NCBI GenBank assembly: GCA_032718475.1
Contig: JAUCBJ010003125.1
Span: forward strand, 1 to 34,758
Origin: Nemertoderma westbladi
Lineage: Eukaryota > Animalia > Xenacoelomorpha
Direction: 5' to 3'
DNA length: 34,758 bases
The position numbers and the translations under genes were made by a program. Positions 1 to 11,669 of this stretch are shown here, one piece after another; positions within the stretch are counted from its first letter, which is position 1, and every line of letters starts with the position of its first letter. The notes below the pieces were generated by a model that saw only the letters and a list, made by a program, of their open reading frames with translations, ran no database searches and was not told where the DNA came from.

Positions 1-247
1 GTTACAAGCAAAGTAATCCAATGCTTAACCGTGCCAGCCTGTTTCGTTAGGCAGCTAAGTGAGTGCTATTAAGTAAATTGATCTTTCAATTATAGTGGAA
101 GTGTAAAGAAGGTTACTTACTAATATCACTGCTATATTATGGATAGCCAGTAATCGTCAAGCAACATGACCTTCCAATAAACTCTGACACGCTAACATTA
201 CTGTGTTATGGATAGTCAGTATTCTTCAAATATTTCGTCATGCGTGC

Positions 248-447
248 GCCCATGTGAAGAATACCAGGATTACCAGGGGCGCTTATTTCTGTCTTACTGT
301 ATAACCTGTACAAATACTAATTCGTTTATTGTTTTGGTTAGCTTGTTTAGGTAACCTGTGTTTTTGGTGAAAACCTGATATTCTTCACATGGGGGTAACT
401 GCAAAGTGAAATATAACAGCAGAAAGTCTGGTATTCTTCACAAGGGC
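248..447. repeat. Small inverted-repeat element (MITE-like remnant)
   Basis: GCCCATGTGAAGAATACCAG (248-267) is the reverse complement of 428-447 with 1 mismatch. A third arm lies at 374-393. No clear TSD. Confidence 0.5.
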
Positions 448-629
448 CCATGAGTGACCTTTAAATTCCCTAGTAGCACATAACGTTCACACACAGCTTT
501 TGGACGTTGAGAACATGTCCACTCCATAAACGTCGCACATACTGTACCAGATTTCAACGTTCTAAATTAGTCTCCATATAATAACGCCTAAATGGTGTTG
601 GTGTTTCAACTGAAAAGTAACGTTCATTA

Positions 630-3242
630 ATGTACAACATGTACATCATGTACATCATGTACAAATTTGTTAACGACCTAGATTCAGCTAATGTTCAGAC
701 TGAAATGAATGATATTTGCAACAACCTATGCGAGGGTGAGTATAGCCAAGAATCTATTGATAGCGCAACAGCTGAAATAACGGACTGCATTTCTAAAGTG
801 GCAGACCGCTATTTCAAACCAAGTGAATGTCAAAGTATGGAGGACCGTGGGGCTTTGCATAATTCTTTTCCCTGGTATACAGACGAATGCTTTCAATACC
901 GTCAAACTTTTCGCACTACGTTAAATGGTTGGAAAAACAATCCAACACCTGAGACACATAGAGTACTTTCTCTGGCTCGCTCAGCCTACAGTAGGTGCTT
1001 GAGAAAAGCAAAAACAGTTTATAAGCGATCAAAATCAACTAAATTGGAATCCGTTAAAGTAGCTGACTCAAAAAAGTTCTGGAAGCTTCTCGCATCCGCG
1101 AGCGGTAACCAAAATAATGGACACGGTGGGAGCACTGCCCTTGGACCTAGCATTACTGACTTCCAAAATTATTATAATAAACTGTATTCGCAGAACAATG
1201 AGTTTATTAATACTGGTGTAAAACCACCAGGATCAGCAAATTTTGCGGAAAGTAAGCAAATGTTCGAAAACGAGTTATCACAGCCATTTACAGAGGAAGA
1301 AGTTTTTTTGGGAGTTAATGGGCTCAAACGAGGTAAAGCACCCGGTGTGGACCAAATTGTTAATGAATTTTTAATTGAAGGCAAAGAAACTCTGGTGCCA
1401 GTTTTTACGGTGCTATTTAACTCTATTCTGTCATCTGGTTACTTTCCGAGAGCATGGGCAGTGGCTGTAATTTCACCGATTTATAAAAATAAGGGGTCCA
1501 TTAAATTGCCAGAAAATTATCGAGGAATTTCCCTTATCAGCTGTATTGCGAAGCTATTCACTAGTTTAATTAACAAGAGGTTAGGCTTTTGGTCGGACTG
1601 CCTGGACATTATCACAGAGTCACAGGCAGGTTTCAGGGAGGGATACCGCACAACAGACCACATTTTCGCCCTGAGTGGCCTTATTAATCACTTCATTGGT
1701 GTTGGTGGAACGAAAGGTAAACTTTATTGTGCCTTTATAGATTTCGCCAAGGCCTTTGATTCCATAAACAGAGAGGATTTGTGGTTCAAACTAGATTGCA
1801 TGGGTTTCAGCGGCAATCTATTTAAGGTAATTAAGAGTATGTACTCTAACGTCAAATCTTGTGTTAAATCTAATGGCCTTTTATCAAACGAATTTGACTC
1901 TTACATGGGAGTTATTCAGGGCGAGTGTTTGTCACCAATTTTATTCTCATTTTTCATGAATGATCTGGAAGCTGAATTGGGGAAAGGTGGTTTCAGTGGT
2001 TTGGATATAGGATATTTTCATTTATTGATCCTCTTATATGCAGATGATATCGTTCTAGTTGCGGATAGTGCGAATAAACTGCAACATTCTTTAGACATTC
2101 TTGGTGATTTCTCTGACTATTGGGGATTGCAAGTTAACCTCAAAAAATCGAATGTGGTAGTCTTCCGCAAAGGGGGTACGCTCCAGTTAACTGAAAAATG
2201 GACATACAAAGGGAATGATATAGAGACCGTGCCACACTACACCTACTTGGGTATTAAGATGTCATGTATGGGTTCATTCACGCCAGCGCAAAAACTTTTG
2301 GCCGACAAGGGAAGCAAGGCCCTATTTTCTCTCAATAAGTATTTGTTAGAATTTCCATATATAGGGTTTGACCTTAGATATAACCTATTTCAGTCTTTAA
2401 TTATACCGGTACTTAGTTATGGTTCTGAAATATGGGCATTCCACAAAGCCACAGACATTGAAAGAGTACATCTAGGTTATTTGAAAAGGATTATCGGTGT
2501 CAAATCTAGCACGCCAAATTTTATGGTTTATGGTGAAACGGGCGTGGCACCGCTTAAAGTGAAACATGTTTTTGCAGCCATAAAATTCTGGGTAAGACTA
2601 ATTAAAATGTCGGATAAAAAAATCACGAAACAGGTGTATAATATATTATATCACGATGCCAGTATATCCAACAATGTAACCAATTGGGCGACCCACATTC
2701 GGGATTGTTTGAACAATCTGGGTATGAGTTGGGCTTGGGTAAGCCAGAGGGTGGAAAATGAGCGACAATTCCTAGATAATGCCAAGCGTGTTATATGGGA
2801 CCAATTTATTCAAGGGTGGCGGCATTCTATTCAAAATTCACCAAAAGGAAGATTATACGTTAAGACAAATTTTGGAACTGAAAAGTACTTAAACAGTCTG
2901 GCAGACGCCCCACAGCTTAGGGTCGCGATAGCACGCTTGCGCTCAACGTCACATAGCCTCCAAATTGAGGTGGGTAGATGGGCTAGGCCTCGGCAGGAAA
3001 TTGATGAAAGGGTATGTCCGGTGTGTAAGAGTGGCGAGGTTGAGGACGAATTACATTTTACCCTGGTTTGCTCTGCCTATGCCGAAGCAAGAAGTAAGTT
3101 CTTACCTGTGGTTATGTATCGCTCTCCAAGTATTAATGGATTCCATTCACTTTTGTCATCAAAATCGGAAGCAATAATCAAAAATTTTGGCATTTTTGTG
3201 TATAAAGCAATGGCAATAAGGTCCGCCATAATAGGATGCTGA
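630..3242 (+). CDS. LINE ORF2 C-terminal part: reverse transcriptase plus C-terminal CCHC motif (endonuclease lost by 5' truncation)
   Basis: Motifs KAPGVDQI, NYRGISL, QAGFR, FIDFAKAFD, GVIQGECLSP, LLYADD, YLG and C-terminal SHSLQIEVGRW...CPVC...EDELHF..C. The N-terminal MYNMYIMYIMY derives from the insertion junction. Confidence 0.93.
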   Translation: MYNMYIMYIMYKFVNDLDSANVQTEMNDICNNLCEGEYSQESIDSATAEITDCISKVADRYFKPSECQSMEDRGALHNSFPWYTDECFQYRQTFRTTLNGWKNNPTPETHRVLSLARSAYSRCLRKAKTVYKRSKSTKLESVKVADSKKFWKLLASASGNQNNGHGGSTALGPSITDFQNYYNKLYSQNNEFINTGVKPPGSANFAESKQMFENELSQPFTEEEVFLGVNGLKRGKAPGVDQIVNEFLIEGKETLVPVFTVLFNSILSSGYFPRAWAVAVISPIYKNKGSIKLPENYRGISLISCIAKLFTSLINKRLGFWSDCLDIITESQAGFREGYRTTDHIFALSGLINHFIGVGGTKGKLYCAFIDFAKAFDSINREDLWFKLDCMGFSGNLFKVIKSMYSNVKSCVKSNGLLSNEFDSYMGVIQGECLSPILFSFFMNDLEAELGKGGFSGLDIGYFHLLILLYADDIVLVADSANKLQHSLDILGDFSDYWGLQVNLKKSNVVVFRKGGTLQLTEKWTYKGNDIETVPHYTYLGIKMSCMGSFTPAQKLLADKGSKALFSLNKYLLEFPYIGFDLRYNLFQSLIIPVLSYGSEIWAFHKATDIERVHLGYLKRIIGVKSSTPNFMVYGETGVAPLKVKHVFAAIKFWVRLIKMSDKKITKQVYNILYHDASISNNVTNWATHIRDCLNNLGMSWAWVSQRVENERQFLDNAKRVIWDQFIQGWRHSIQNSPKGRLYVKTNFGTEKYLNSLADAPQLRVAIARLRSTSHSLQIEVGRWARPRQEIDERVCPVCKSGEVEDELHFTLVCSAYAEARSKFLPVVMYRSPSINGFHSLLSSKSEAIIKNFGIFVYKAMAIRSAIIGC

Positions 3243-3529
3243 TAAACTCTGTTACAAAAACTATTAGTATCCCATACAATGTGCATACCCATATATTACA
3301 CTTTATTACCTATCTTTGCAGTATTTTGGTGCTTATTTTATGTTATTAATGCGGTTCCGGTTCGTAAAAGTGTGCAAGTAATTAAGTGCTTGTAGGTCTA
3401 TAGTAGGTATAGTCTTGTAGGTATAGTAGTGACGGTGACGGGTTTTGTTCTTATATTTCTTGTGTGCAATTTACAACAATAGCATTAGGTTGCTTGTTGG
3501 AGTTTATATAATTACAAATACAATACAAA
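633..3529 (+). mobile_element. 5'-truncated non-LTR retrotransposon (RTE-X-like, clade tentative)
   Basis: Candidate TSD ATTAATG at 626-632 and 3530-3536, (TACAA)n-like tail at ~3513-3529, uninterrupted RT ORF, no endonuclease domain. Confidence 0.88.
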
Positions 3530-4763
3530 ATTAATGGTATCAGTTAATTTCCCGTTAATGTTCTTGGACGTTTGAATGGCGTCCAAAGCAATAACCAGTT
3601 CAATTTGAGTTCAGAAACTGAAAAGTAACGATTTGTAAATGGCAAGTTATATTTCCGTTTTCTATTGTGAACGTTTCAATATTGTTTATTATCCAATAAA
3701 AATTAACCAGTTCAATTTCAGTTCAGATATTTTTAAAATTGTCGTTCAAAAAATGTCCAAACTATGTTTTTCATAACCGTAGTTCAATAGCGGTTCAATA
3801 CTAAACATTTTCCGTTCAAAATAATAATTATCTGAACGACAAACTTTCCCACGCTATGGGAACCAGTGTCTGTGATGAATCATCCAATTACAGGCAATAC
3901 TGGAACTGCCCAAGTACTGAATGATGTAAAAATAGTGGTATATTGGTTCATACAGAACTCAGGAGCAAAGTATACAGTAGTAGGTACTGTATAACGGTGT
4001 GTAATACAACATACTGCATTGTATAACTGTAATTTAAATTAATTTTTGTTGCGTCTCAATTATTTCCTGTATATTTTTATGACGGCATGGGGTACATACG
4101 TCATGGGGTACATACATTCAATAGGCGAACAGTGCGAAGATCGAGGTCAATCTTGTGATGCTTTTCAACCGTATCGGGACCAATAATAAAGGGCCGCCAT
4201 CCATCAAAGAGATTAAAGGTAATTATTTACAATTTAATTATTAGTTAATAATTTTATTTCTAGTCGAATATATGACAGAACTTTAGACAGTTAGAGTTAT
4301 TAGCTTTAAAATATGTAATTTAATATATCACATGAGCGGTACTGCATGTAATTTAATTCGAAGATTGTTGTAATAAACAGATAAAATTAATGCAAAAAAA
4401 CATGATTGAATAAATATAAATTTTTTAAATTGATCCAATTTACCGATCAGCCTGCTTAAGCCACAGCGGTAAATTAAATATTTAAATTCTTTGGTTGAAT
4501 CTCTCAAGTTTATAATGCGGTATGTAAGTATTTATCTATCTATAACAAAAATTTGTTCCACCACCACCACCATGCAACCTTCAATTGGCTTACTGTGAAG
4601 CAGCATGCAAAGAATGATATGCCAGGTTATATACAAAATTCCACCGCCGCAATTCCCTATCCCCATAATTATCAGCATCTCCAAAGCCAATGTCCTTGGC
4701 TTAGGTGACTTGGGTGAAGTCATGGGGTGTCAAAGCGCAAGATTGTGCACAGACTCACTGGTT

Positions 4764-4801
4764 CTCACGGCGAAAGCAATGTCCTGCAAAGCGGAGGCGG
4801 C
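4764..4801 (+). repeat. Short dispersed repeat (probable retroposon 3' end), second copy inverted at 13259-13296
   Basis: CTCACGGCGAAAGCAATGTCCTGCAAAGCGGAGGCGGC matches the reverse complement of 13259-13296 with ~6 mismatches and is followed by a TA-rich tail. Confidence 0.5.
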
Positions 4802-6479
4802 ATATATATTATATGTATATTTATAGTATATATGTATGTATAAATGAGCATCACATTAGAAAGATTCGGTTTCATATTTGTGCAAGAGTATACAGTTTAT
4901 AAAAGTATAGGCCTAACAGTATATCACTTGAAGTAAAAGTGACTTATACAACATGCTATTCATTAGGTATAATTATATAATCGGCTCCTTCCTTTTTTTG
5001 AAGTAAAGTAGTGCATAAAATGTTTCTTTTAATTTTTTTTATTTTTAAATAAATTTTATTTTTGTTACAGCTGGGAAAGGCAATTTATTATGGATGGAGT
5101 GTGTGTGGGGATTCGACTAGCTACAAAATTCAGGAGAAAACGAAGGAATGCTACCCAGAGAAAGATATCATTATACAGTACTCCCACTCTGTAATAATTA
5201 ACTCTAGACTTATCTATTTAACTTTTACCTTAATGATATATTATGTATTTCCTATTTGATTTATCTTCTTGTTATATTTCTTTCCATGTTTCTCATGTTC
5301 GGTAAATTCGGTATATTTGTGATAAAGTAAGTAGTGGTAATATTCAATATAAACTTGTGGTGTTATTTCAACAAGCAAATGTTTGTTTTCATGTTCAGTT
5401 GATTTACTTTTGCTGCAGTCCTGCAGTACACAAATCGTTGCACTAACAGCGGTGGTCAGTTGTCCAGGGGGGGGGGGGGGAGGGGCATTTTGCCATATTA
5501 TCATTTAATAGTGAATGATTGACAGCTATTTAGCAGTGGTTAAATATTCGTTCGAAATTATATATTTGAACTACACTTTTAGTTCAAGCACAGTTCAAAC
5601 CAACAGTTTTGAACGTTTGAAGGAACCATTATTAAACCTTTTCAAAACAATATTAAACCGTTCAAAAGGAGTTCGGTAAATAATTAGTTGAACGGACCAT
5701 TTTAGAACGAATATCTAACGTTTATAAGATGACGTCGAATCAACGTTTTTTGAGCGGGACAAATCCCTTCCTAGATGAACGTGTACAGTGAACGCACCTA
5801 GAACGTTATCAGAACAACGTTATCCACGTTATTAGAACTATTCTAAACGTGAGGTGAACGTTGGTGTGCTACTAGGGTTATTGGTAGTGTATTTAATAAT
5901 CTTATTTCGGTGTTAAAGATAGTTCATTATCTTAAATAATGTATACTTAATTTATTTTACAAGTATAGAGTTTAAAAGAACACAAGGCTCAAATTCGTTT
6001 ATAAATGATTACGAACAGTTTATGAATATTTTTCTTCACCAAATTGCTCTTTTTATTGTTGTTATTTAATTACCGTTAATAATGGTTTACGGATTTGGTT
6101 GTCGGTTATCGGCTGTCGGCTGTCGGCGTAACGTTTACACCCATTTATTTTCAGTTGTCTGCATGGATGGTTGTTTTTAGATGATATTTCATTTGGTGCT
6201 CCAGTTCGCCACACTTTCGATCCAGTTCCGTTCAGTTCGGTCCAGATTCGTGTAGAGTCCTATCCTATTTTTTGTGATAAAGGATCTATTGTAAGCAGAT
6301 ATATAAACCGTTTAATTCCTTTTAGTGTGATGGTCCAGATAGTGAGAAAAAATGTAAGATCATCAGTGCCGTAGTCTGTTTGTTCTATCTACCTATCTAT
6401 AATCGACATGCTGCATTGCTAGCTCAGATTATCGACAAAATTTCGTACTCTATAATCCATTACTTAAACGACACATTAT

Positions 6480-7270
6480 CCGCATGTTCAAGGCCAGTGT
6501 CTTGAAGGTCTCAAAAAAGCCATCGTCGTCCATGATGCTGCCAAATCACAAGATCTTTCAAGGGATGGTCCTCACGAAAGCAATGAACTACATATTGGAT
6601 CTGGCAATACAAAATTCTCGGGGGACCAATAAAACACCAGATGCTGTATATCAATGGTCTGATTTGAGATGTGTAGGGTACATGGTTCTTGACTCTGTGA
6701 ACCCGACGTAGCATTCTTGTGTATGTGTCATCCAGAGATTTGGTCTTCTCACCATTTGGATTCTAGAATGGACACCCAAACAGGAGTTCTGGTTCTACTG
6801 CTGCTCTAAATAATTCCTATGTATTTTACGTTAATTGCATATACTAAACATACTATTCAATACCGCCCATAGCTTCCCTTTGGATTTTTAACAGTCTTCA
6901 TCTGACTTCCAAATCAATGATCCAAGGTAACGGAGGTCATCAACACGCTTAGTGATTATGAACAGCTTAGGAACAGGTATTTCCAGAGGACTGTCGAAAT
7001 AAACAGTATAAATGTTGGTCTTTGCAAAAAAAAAACAACAAATGATCAACACTAGAAGCACCCTGTACTAATGAGCCGAGTAGCCCTTCGGCTCTCTCTA
7101 CTGATTGATTCTGATAGGCTCCTGACTCATTTACAAAGTCTACATCAGTATGGTGCTTGGCTGTGTTTCCTCGATTTCTGGAACATTAGGGTGTGTTACC
7201 ATCTCCCCATCTTTATTATGATGATCTAAAGACATGCTAGTAAGGCAGGTTAGCTAAATTGGTCAAACTA
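6480..7270 (-). mobile_element. Highly decayed RTE-clade LINE fragment (RT C-terminal half)
   Basis: Minus-strand translation across stops and frameshifts gives TDVDFVNE (cf. DLDFADD), KRVDDLRYLGSLI, LFRAAVEPELLFGC, KSLDDTYTRMLRRV and HCFREDHPLKDLVIWQHHGRR, in the order expected for RTE ORF2. Confidence 0.78.
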
Positions 7271-7407
7271 TAGACCCCACTAATAGCCCACCCCCCCCCC
7301 CCCCCCCCACCCCCTGGGGCTACTGTACTGGGGGCAAACGTCCGGGGGGCTACTTTCAAGGCTCCTGTACGTTGGCTATCGTCCGGGCTACTGTCCTAAC
7401 ACTGGCC

Positions 7408-7487
7408 CCACCCATACCTTCGGGTAGCAGCTATCGGAATAGGACCCTTCAGATAGCCTCTGGCTTATCGGCCGACTGTGCTTTTGC
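7408..7487 (+). mobile_element. Diverged 3' fragment of the SINE family at 23193-23427
   Basis: CCACCCATACCTTCGGGTAGCAGCTATCG...CGGCCGACTGTGCTTTTGC aligns with 23346-23428. Confidence 0.8.
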
Positions 7488-7849
7488 AAACTTGTCAGAA
7501 TTTGCTATGAACATAGTCGAACCACAATTATGAATAAGAATGGTGCAAGAGTGTCAACTTGGAGGACCTCCCATTGCGCTTCAAATGGACATGTTTCACC
7601 TGAAAAAAACTTTTTATACACTTGAATATACCTGATATTATTATTATTATTATTATTAAGGATTTACACATAGTGTAGGGGTCGCCCCCTGAAATAAAAA
7701 CGTAATTCATAGAGACTAACAAAAATATACAATTTAGACTGAGTAGCACTATTAAAATAAAGTCAATCCAGTATTCGTTATCCGAGAAAATTAAAATATA
7801 TTTATGTTTAATCATGTTTGTTCATATGTTGTGCAATGTACCTACTGAA

Positions 7850-8057
7850 AGTGATAAATAAAAAATATATGTATACAGCAAGTGATAAAAATATATATAC
7901 AGCAAGTGGTAAAAATATATATACAGCAACAGCAGGTATATATACAGCAAGTGATAAAATTATAAATACAGCAACAGAGCAAGTGATGAAAATATATATA
8001 CATCAACAGAAGGTACAGCAGGTGATAAAAATATAAATATTTTAGCAAGTAATAAAA
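7850..8057. repeat. Imperfect ~24-bp tandem repeat in the CR1 3' UTR
   Basis: Recurrent ACAGCAAGTGATAAAAATATATAT units. Confidence 0.75.
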
Positions 8058-10960
8058 TCAAGTGAGTAAGTTGTTAAGGTTCAATATGCGGAGGTTGCAG
8101 TTCATCTGTGTACAGCCACAGTTAATTTTCCAACTGCAAGTGATGTCAACATCGTAATGTTGGTGAAAGTGGGCCCAGAACAGATTCAATAGGCGCGCCT
8201 TTAAACCAACGTGATTAAAATACTCTGTCTGAAGGGGAAGCTGATTTGCCAATTGTGGTGCGCGAAACCAGAAATTTTGCTTTGATATGCACTTTAGGGG
8301 GTGTGTGAGATCAAACGAGGGTCGGTTAGCGCTACGAGTGTTTCTTCTGAGGTTTGTTTGCTTCATCTTTAGATGTGGCGACCAGTCAATGTCGTATTTA
8401 TTATTTATTATCTTTGACAAGGTTAGTTGGTCGGATAATTGTAAGTATAATGAGATCGGTAGAATGTTTAATATTATGAGTCTCTCCTTGTAGGTGTGAT
8501 CGTCATTACCAATAATCCAGATTGTTGCTCTCCGCTGGATGGACTCGAGTTTGTGTGCGTCCGTCTTGATGGCAAACCAACAAGGCGGCCCATAGGTTAA
8601 GATTGGCAATACCATGGATTTATAGAGGTTTAGCTTGGATTGTACTGGTAGGCGAAAAGAACTGCTTCTTCGGATCAGGTATAATGTTCTAATTGCTTTA
8701 CTGCATTTGTCCTTAATGTGGGCGGTCCATGATAAATTTGATGTTATGGTTATTCCTAAATCCTTCTCTGTATCGACTCGAGATATAGTCATTGAGTACA
8801 ATGACCGAGCTTCTATGTCGCCTTTGAAGACTATTTGCTTGCATTTCGGTTCATTAAAATCTAGTCCAGCTTCAAGACCCCATGTCACAAGTCGGTCAAT
8901 ATCTAATTGTGTGTTGATGATGGAATCAACATGTGATACTGATAATAATTTGCAATCGTCTGCGAGGAGAAATGGTATGCTGACATAACAAACTTCTGGG
9001 AGATCATTGCTCTCAACAACAAAGAATAGTGGTCCCAATAGGGACCCCTGAGCCATGCCACTGTCGACAGATCGGGGAGTTGACTTCGCGTTTCCGACTT
9101 TTACTGACTGTGTTCTTCCTGCTAGGTAGTCGAACGCTTTCTGGAAATCTAAGTATATTACTTCTACTGTCAATTGGCCATTATCCGTACCCTTGTAGAC
9201 ATTGTCTAGAAATGTAAGTAATTGTGTGTTCGTTGATCTTGACTTCCTAAATCCATGTTGTGCGTCATGTAACCTACTACGTACTTGTTCGTAGATGGGG
9301 ATAAAGATGCAACGCTCAAATACTTTTCCAGGAATCGCTAAGAGAGATATTGGCCGGTATAAGATTACCTTGATTCTACTACCTTTTTTATGTTGAGGAT
9401 TTATTAGTGCATGCTTCCGTGCTACGGGGAAGTGGTTTTTTTTTCAGCCTCCCGAATAGGAATGACATTGAGGGTGCTAGTACTTTTGCGAGGGATTTAA
9501 ATAATGAAGGTGGAATATTGTCTGGTCCACGAGATTTCATAGCATCTAAAGACGTAAGTATCTTCTCCACTGTGTCAACTGACACGTCGTAGTTGTGTGT
9601 CGTGTTCAAGCTTTCAGAGTTTGTGTCATTAAATGGTGGTTGTATATCGCTAGTAGGTATTCGCGGGGATTTAAAAACGGAATGGAAGAACTCGTTAAAT
9701 AGATTAGCCTGATCCTCATGAGTGGACGCCGTACGATTCTCGTATTGTACTACTGGTGGCAGTGAACAAGACCTCCGTAGGCTTTTGAAATATTTGAAGA
9801 GATGTTTCATTGAACGGGTGTCCGCTAGCAGCATCTCGTACTTTGTTTGGTCAGCTAAAATATCATTTCCAACTTCTTCCTGTAATCTTTCCATCTTAAC
9901 CTGAAGGTTTAATGTTGGCGATATCTTTGAAGCAATTTTACGCTGGAGAGTGTGTAATTTATTTAACTTATGTGAGGTTTTTTGTGTCACCCATGGTGGT
10001 TGCGAGGCACGATGCGCTGTTCGTTTAGGAACACAGTTGTCGATAACATTATTCAGCCATTGATACCATTTATTAACTAGATCCTCACAATCGGTCGTAT
10101 TGTACGATTTTTCGTCAAATGGCCGAGATTCACAAATCTGGGTCGCCTTCAGTGTATCTATTTTACAAAAACTATAATGCAACAAGGGATTGGACTGGAT
10201 CGGCTGCTGTGTTTGCTTTGCAGCATTACATTGTGAGTTTAAAATAACCAGGACAGGGTCATGGTCTGACTTGATTTCAACTGCCTGTAATTGTCTAGAT
10301 AGGTTGTAGTCAATCTCAATGTTGAGAATTGTGTTGTCTGTTAATGATATGAAAACGTCAAGCATATTAGCTCCCCGTGTAGGAAAATTTATGTGTTGTT
10401 TAAAGTTGTGTTTGTCAATAGCGTATAAAATGTCCTTCTCATAGTTATCTGTAGAAAAGTGAGACTCCCAATCTACAGAAGGCAGATTGATATCCCCACA
10501 TATGATCACGTCGTCAACGTGATCCTTAAATGTTATTATGTAGTCTAGTAATTTGTAAAAATCAGCAACTTCTAAGCGGCATGGGCTTTTGTCAGGTGGG
10601 TTGTACAGTATATACATACAAGTAAATATGTTAAACCGCTAATATTGCACAAACAGGCAGTAACTGAACTTGATAATCTATCAGAAGCACCATTAAATAT
10701 TCTGGCGTGTAGTTAATTCCATTTTGTAGAGCAATAAGGACACCTCCATGTGTTGAGATACAATCAAATTTTGAGCTACGCTCCATACGTATTAAGTTGT
10801 AACCAGTAAGGAATAATTCGCTATCGAGTATCTCAGGAGTAAGCCAAGTTTCAGTTATGCATATTATATTGTAGTCTCGGATCAGAATTGAATTTGCCAG
10901 TTTGCATCGCCTGTGTAGATTTAGAAGGCTACGAGCGTTGTATAACAACAGAGTTGGGAC
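8058..10960 (-). pseudogene. CR1 ORF2 (APE endonuclease + RT), broken
   Basis: YNARSL, ICITETWL, GGVLI, CGDINLP, SDH, YRPISLL, QHGFR, YLDFQKAFD, LADD, EKDLGI, LESIQRRAT. Frameshifts near 10680 and 9420. The segment normally between KAFD and YLxxRxQxV is missing. Confidence 0.9.
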
Positions 10961-10980
10961 GGCAGTGGTTGAATTAGATG

Positions 10981-11460
10981 CGGTTGTGGACCCAACAGCA
11001 ACATGTATGGGTGAGTGGTACCCAGCATCGATGGTAGTGGATGCGGGGGACCCAGCAGCGACGGTTGTGGATGTGAGGTACCCAGCAGCGACTGTTGTGG
11101 ATGCGAGGGACCCAGCAGTGATGGTAGTGGGTGCAGGGGGCCCAGCAGCGACGGTTGTGGGTGCGGGGGACCCAGCAGTGATGGTTGTGGGTGCAGGAGA
11201 TCCAGCAGCGACAGTAGTGGGTGTGGGGGACCCAGCAGCAACGGTTGTGGGTGCGGGGGACCCAGCAGCGATGGCTGTGGATTCGAGGGACCCAGCAGCG
11301 ACGGTTGTGGGTGCGGGGGACGCAGCAGCGATGGTTGTGGGTGCGGGGGACCCAGCAGCGATTGCTGTGGATTCGAGGGACCCAGCAGCGACAGTTGTGG
11401 GTGCGGGGGACGCAGCAGCGACGGTTATGGGTGCGGGGGACCAAGCAGCAACCGTTACTG
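10981..11460. repeat. 30-bp GC-rich VNTR, ~16 units, coding (GSPAPTTVAA)n on the minus strand
   Basis: Unit GTGCGGGGGACCCAGCAGCGACGGTTGTGG in exact 30-bp register. Confidence 0.97.
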
Positions 11461-11669
11461 GTATTGTGTATTGCAATAGTGAATCTGACTGTCCCTCATC
11501 CAGTTGAGTGGGAGGAATGAAGGACACGCTCAATTGGTGATCGTCATTGTCATTCTGTCGATTAGATGCGGGGCCATTCGATCTGTAAAACGTTGGCGCT
11601 GAGCGTGTATTAGGCACGCTAGTATCGACCGCGGTAGGTACGTGATGAGAACCACGATTCGATATCGTG

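Larger units (their letters stand above)
468..5877. mobile_element. Non-autonomous CACTA/EnSpm (CMC)-type DNA transposon containing a nested LINE
   Basis: Left end CCCTAGTAGCACATAACGTTCAC (468-490) and right end GTGAACGTTGGTGTGCTACTAGGG (5854-5877) are inverted repeats. 2-bp TSD TT at 466-467 and 5878-5879. AACGTT/GAAC-type subterminal motifs at ~481-625, ~3545-3840 and ~5545-5865. CCC termini with a 2-bp TSD fit animal EnSpm-type elements. No transposase recognised. Confidence 0.8.

Noticed and set aside
3873-3920. Box C/D snoRNA (GTGATGA...CTGA)
   Set aside because: Only ~48 nt, no terminal stem, and located inside a transposon.
5050-5180. Captured exon after a strong acceptor (TTTTGTTACAG)
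   Set aside because: No recognisable protein in the frames read and no convincing donor.
10902-11520. Overlapping Cys/Gly/His-rich ORFs
   Set aside because: Shadow frames of the GC-rich 30-bp VNTR. Only the frame linking ORF1 to the endonuclease has support.
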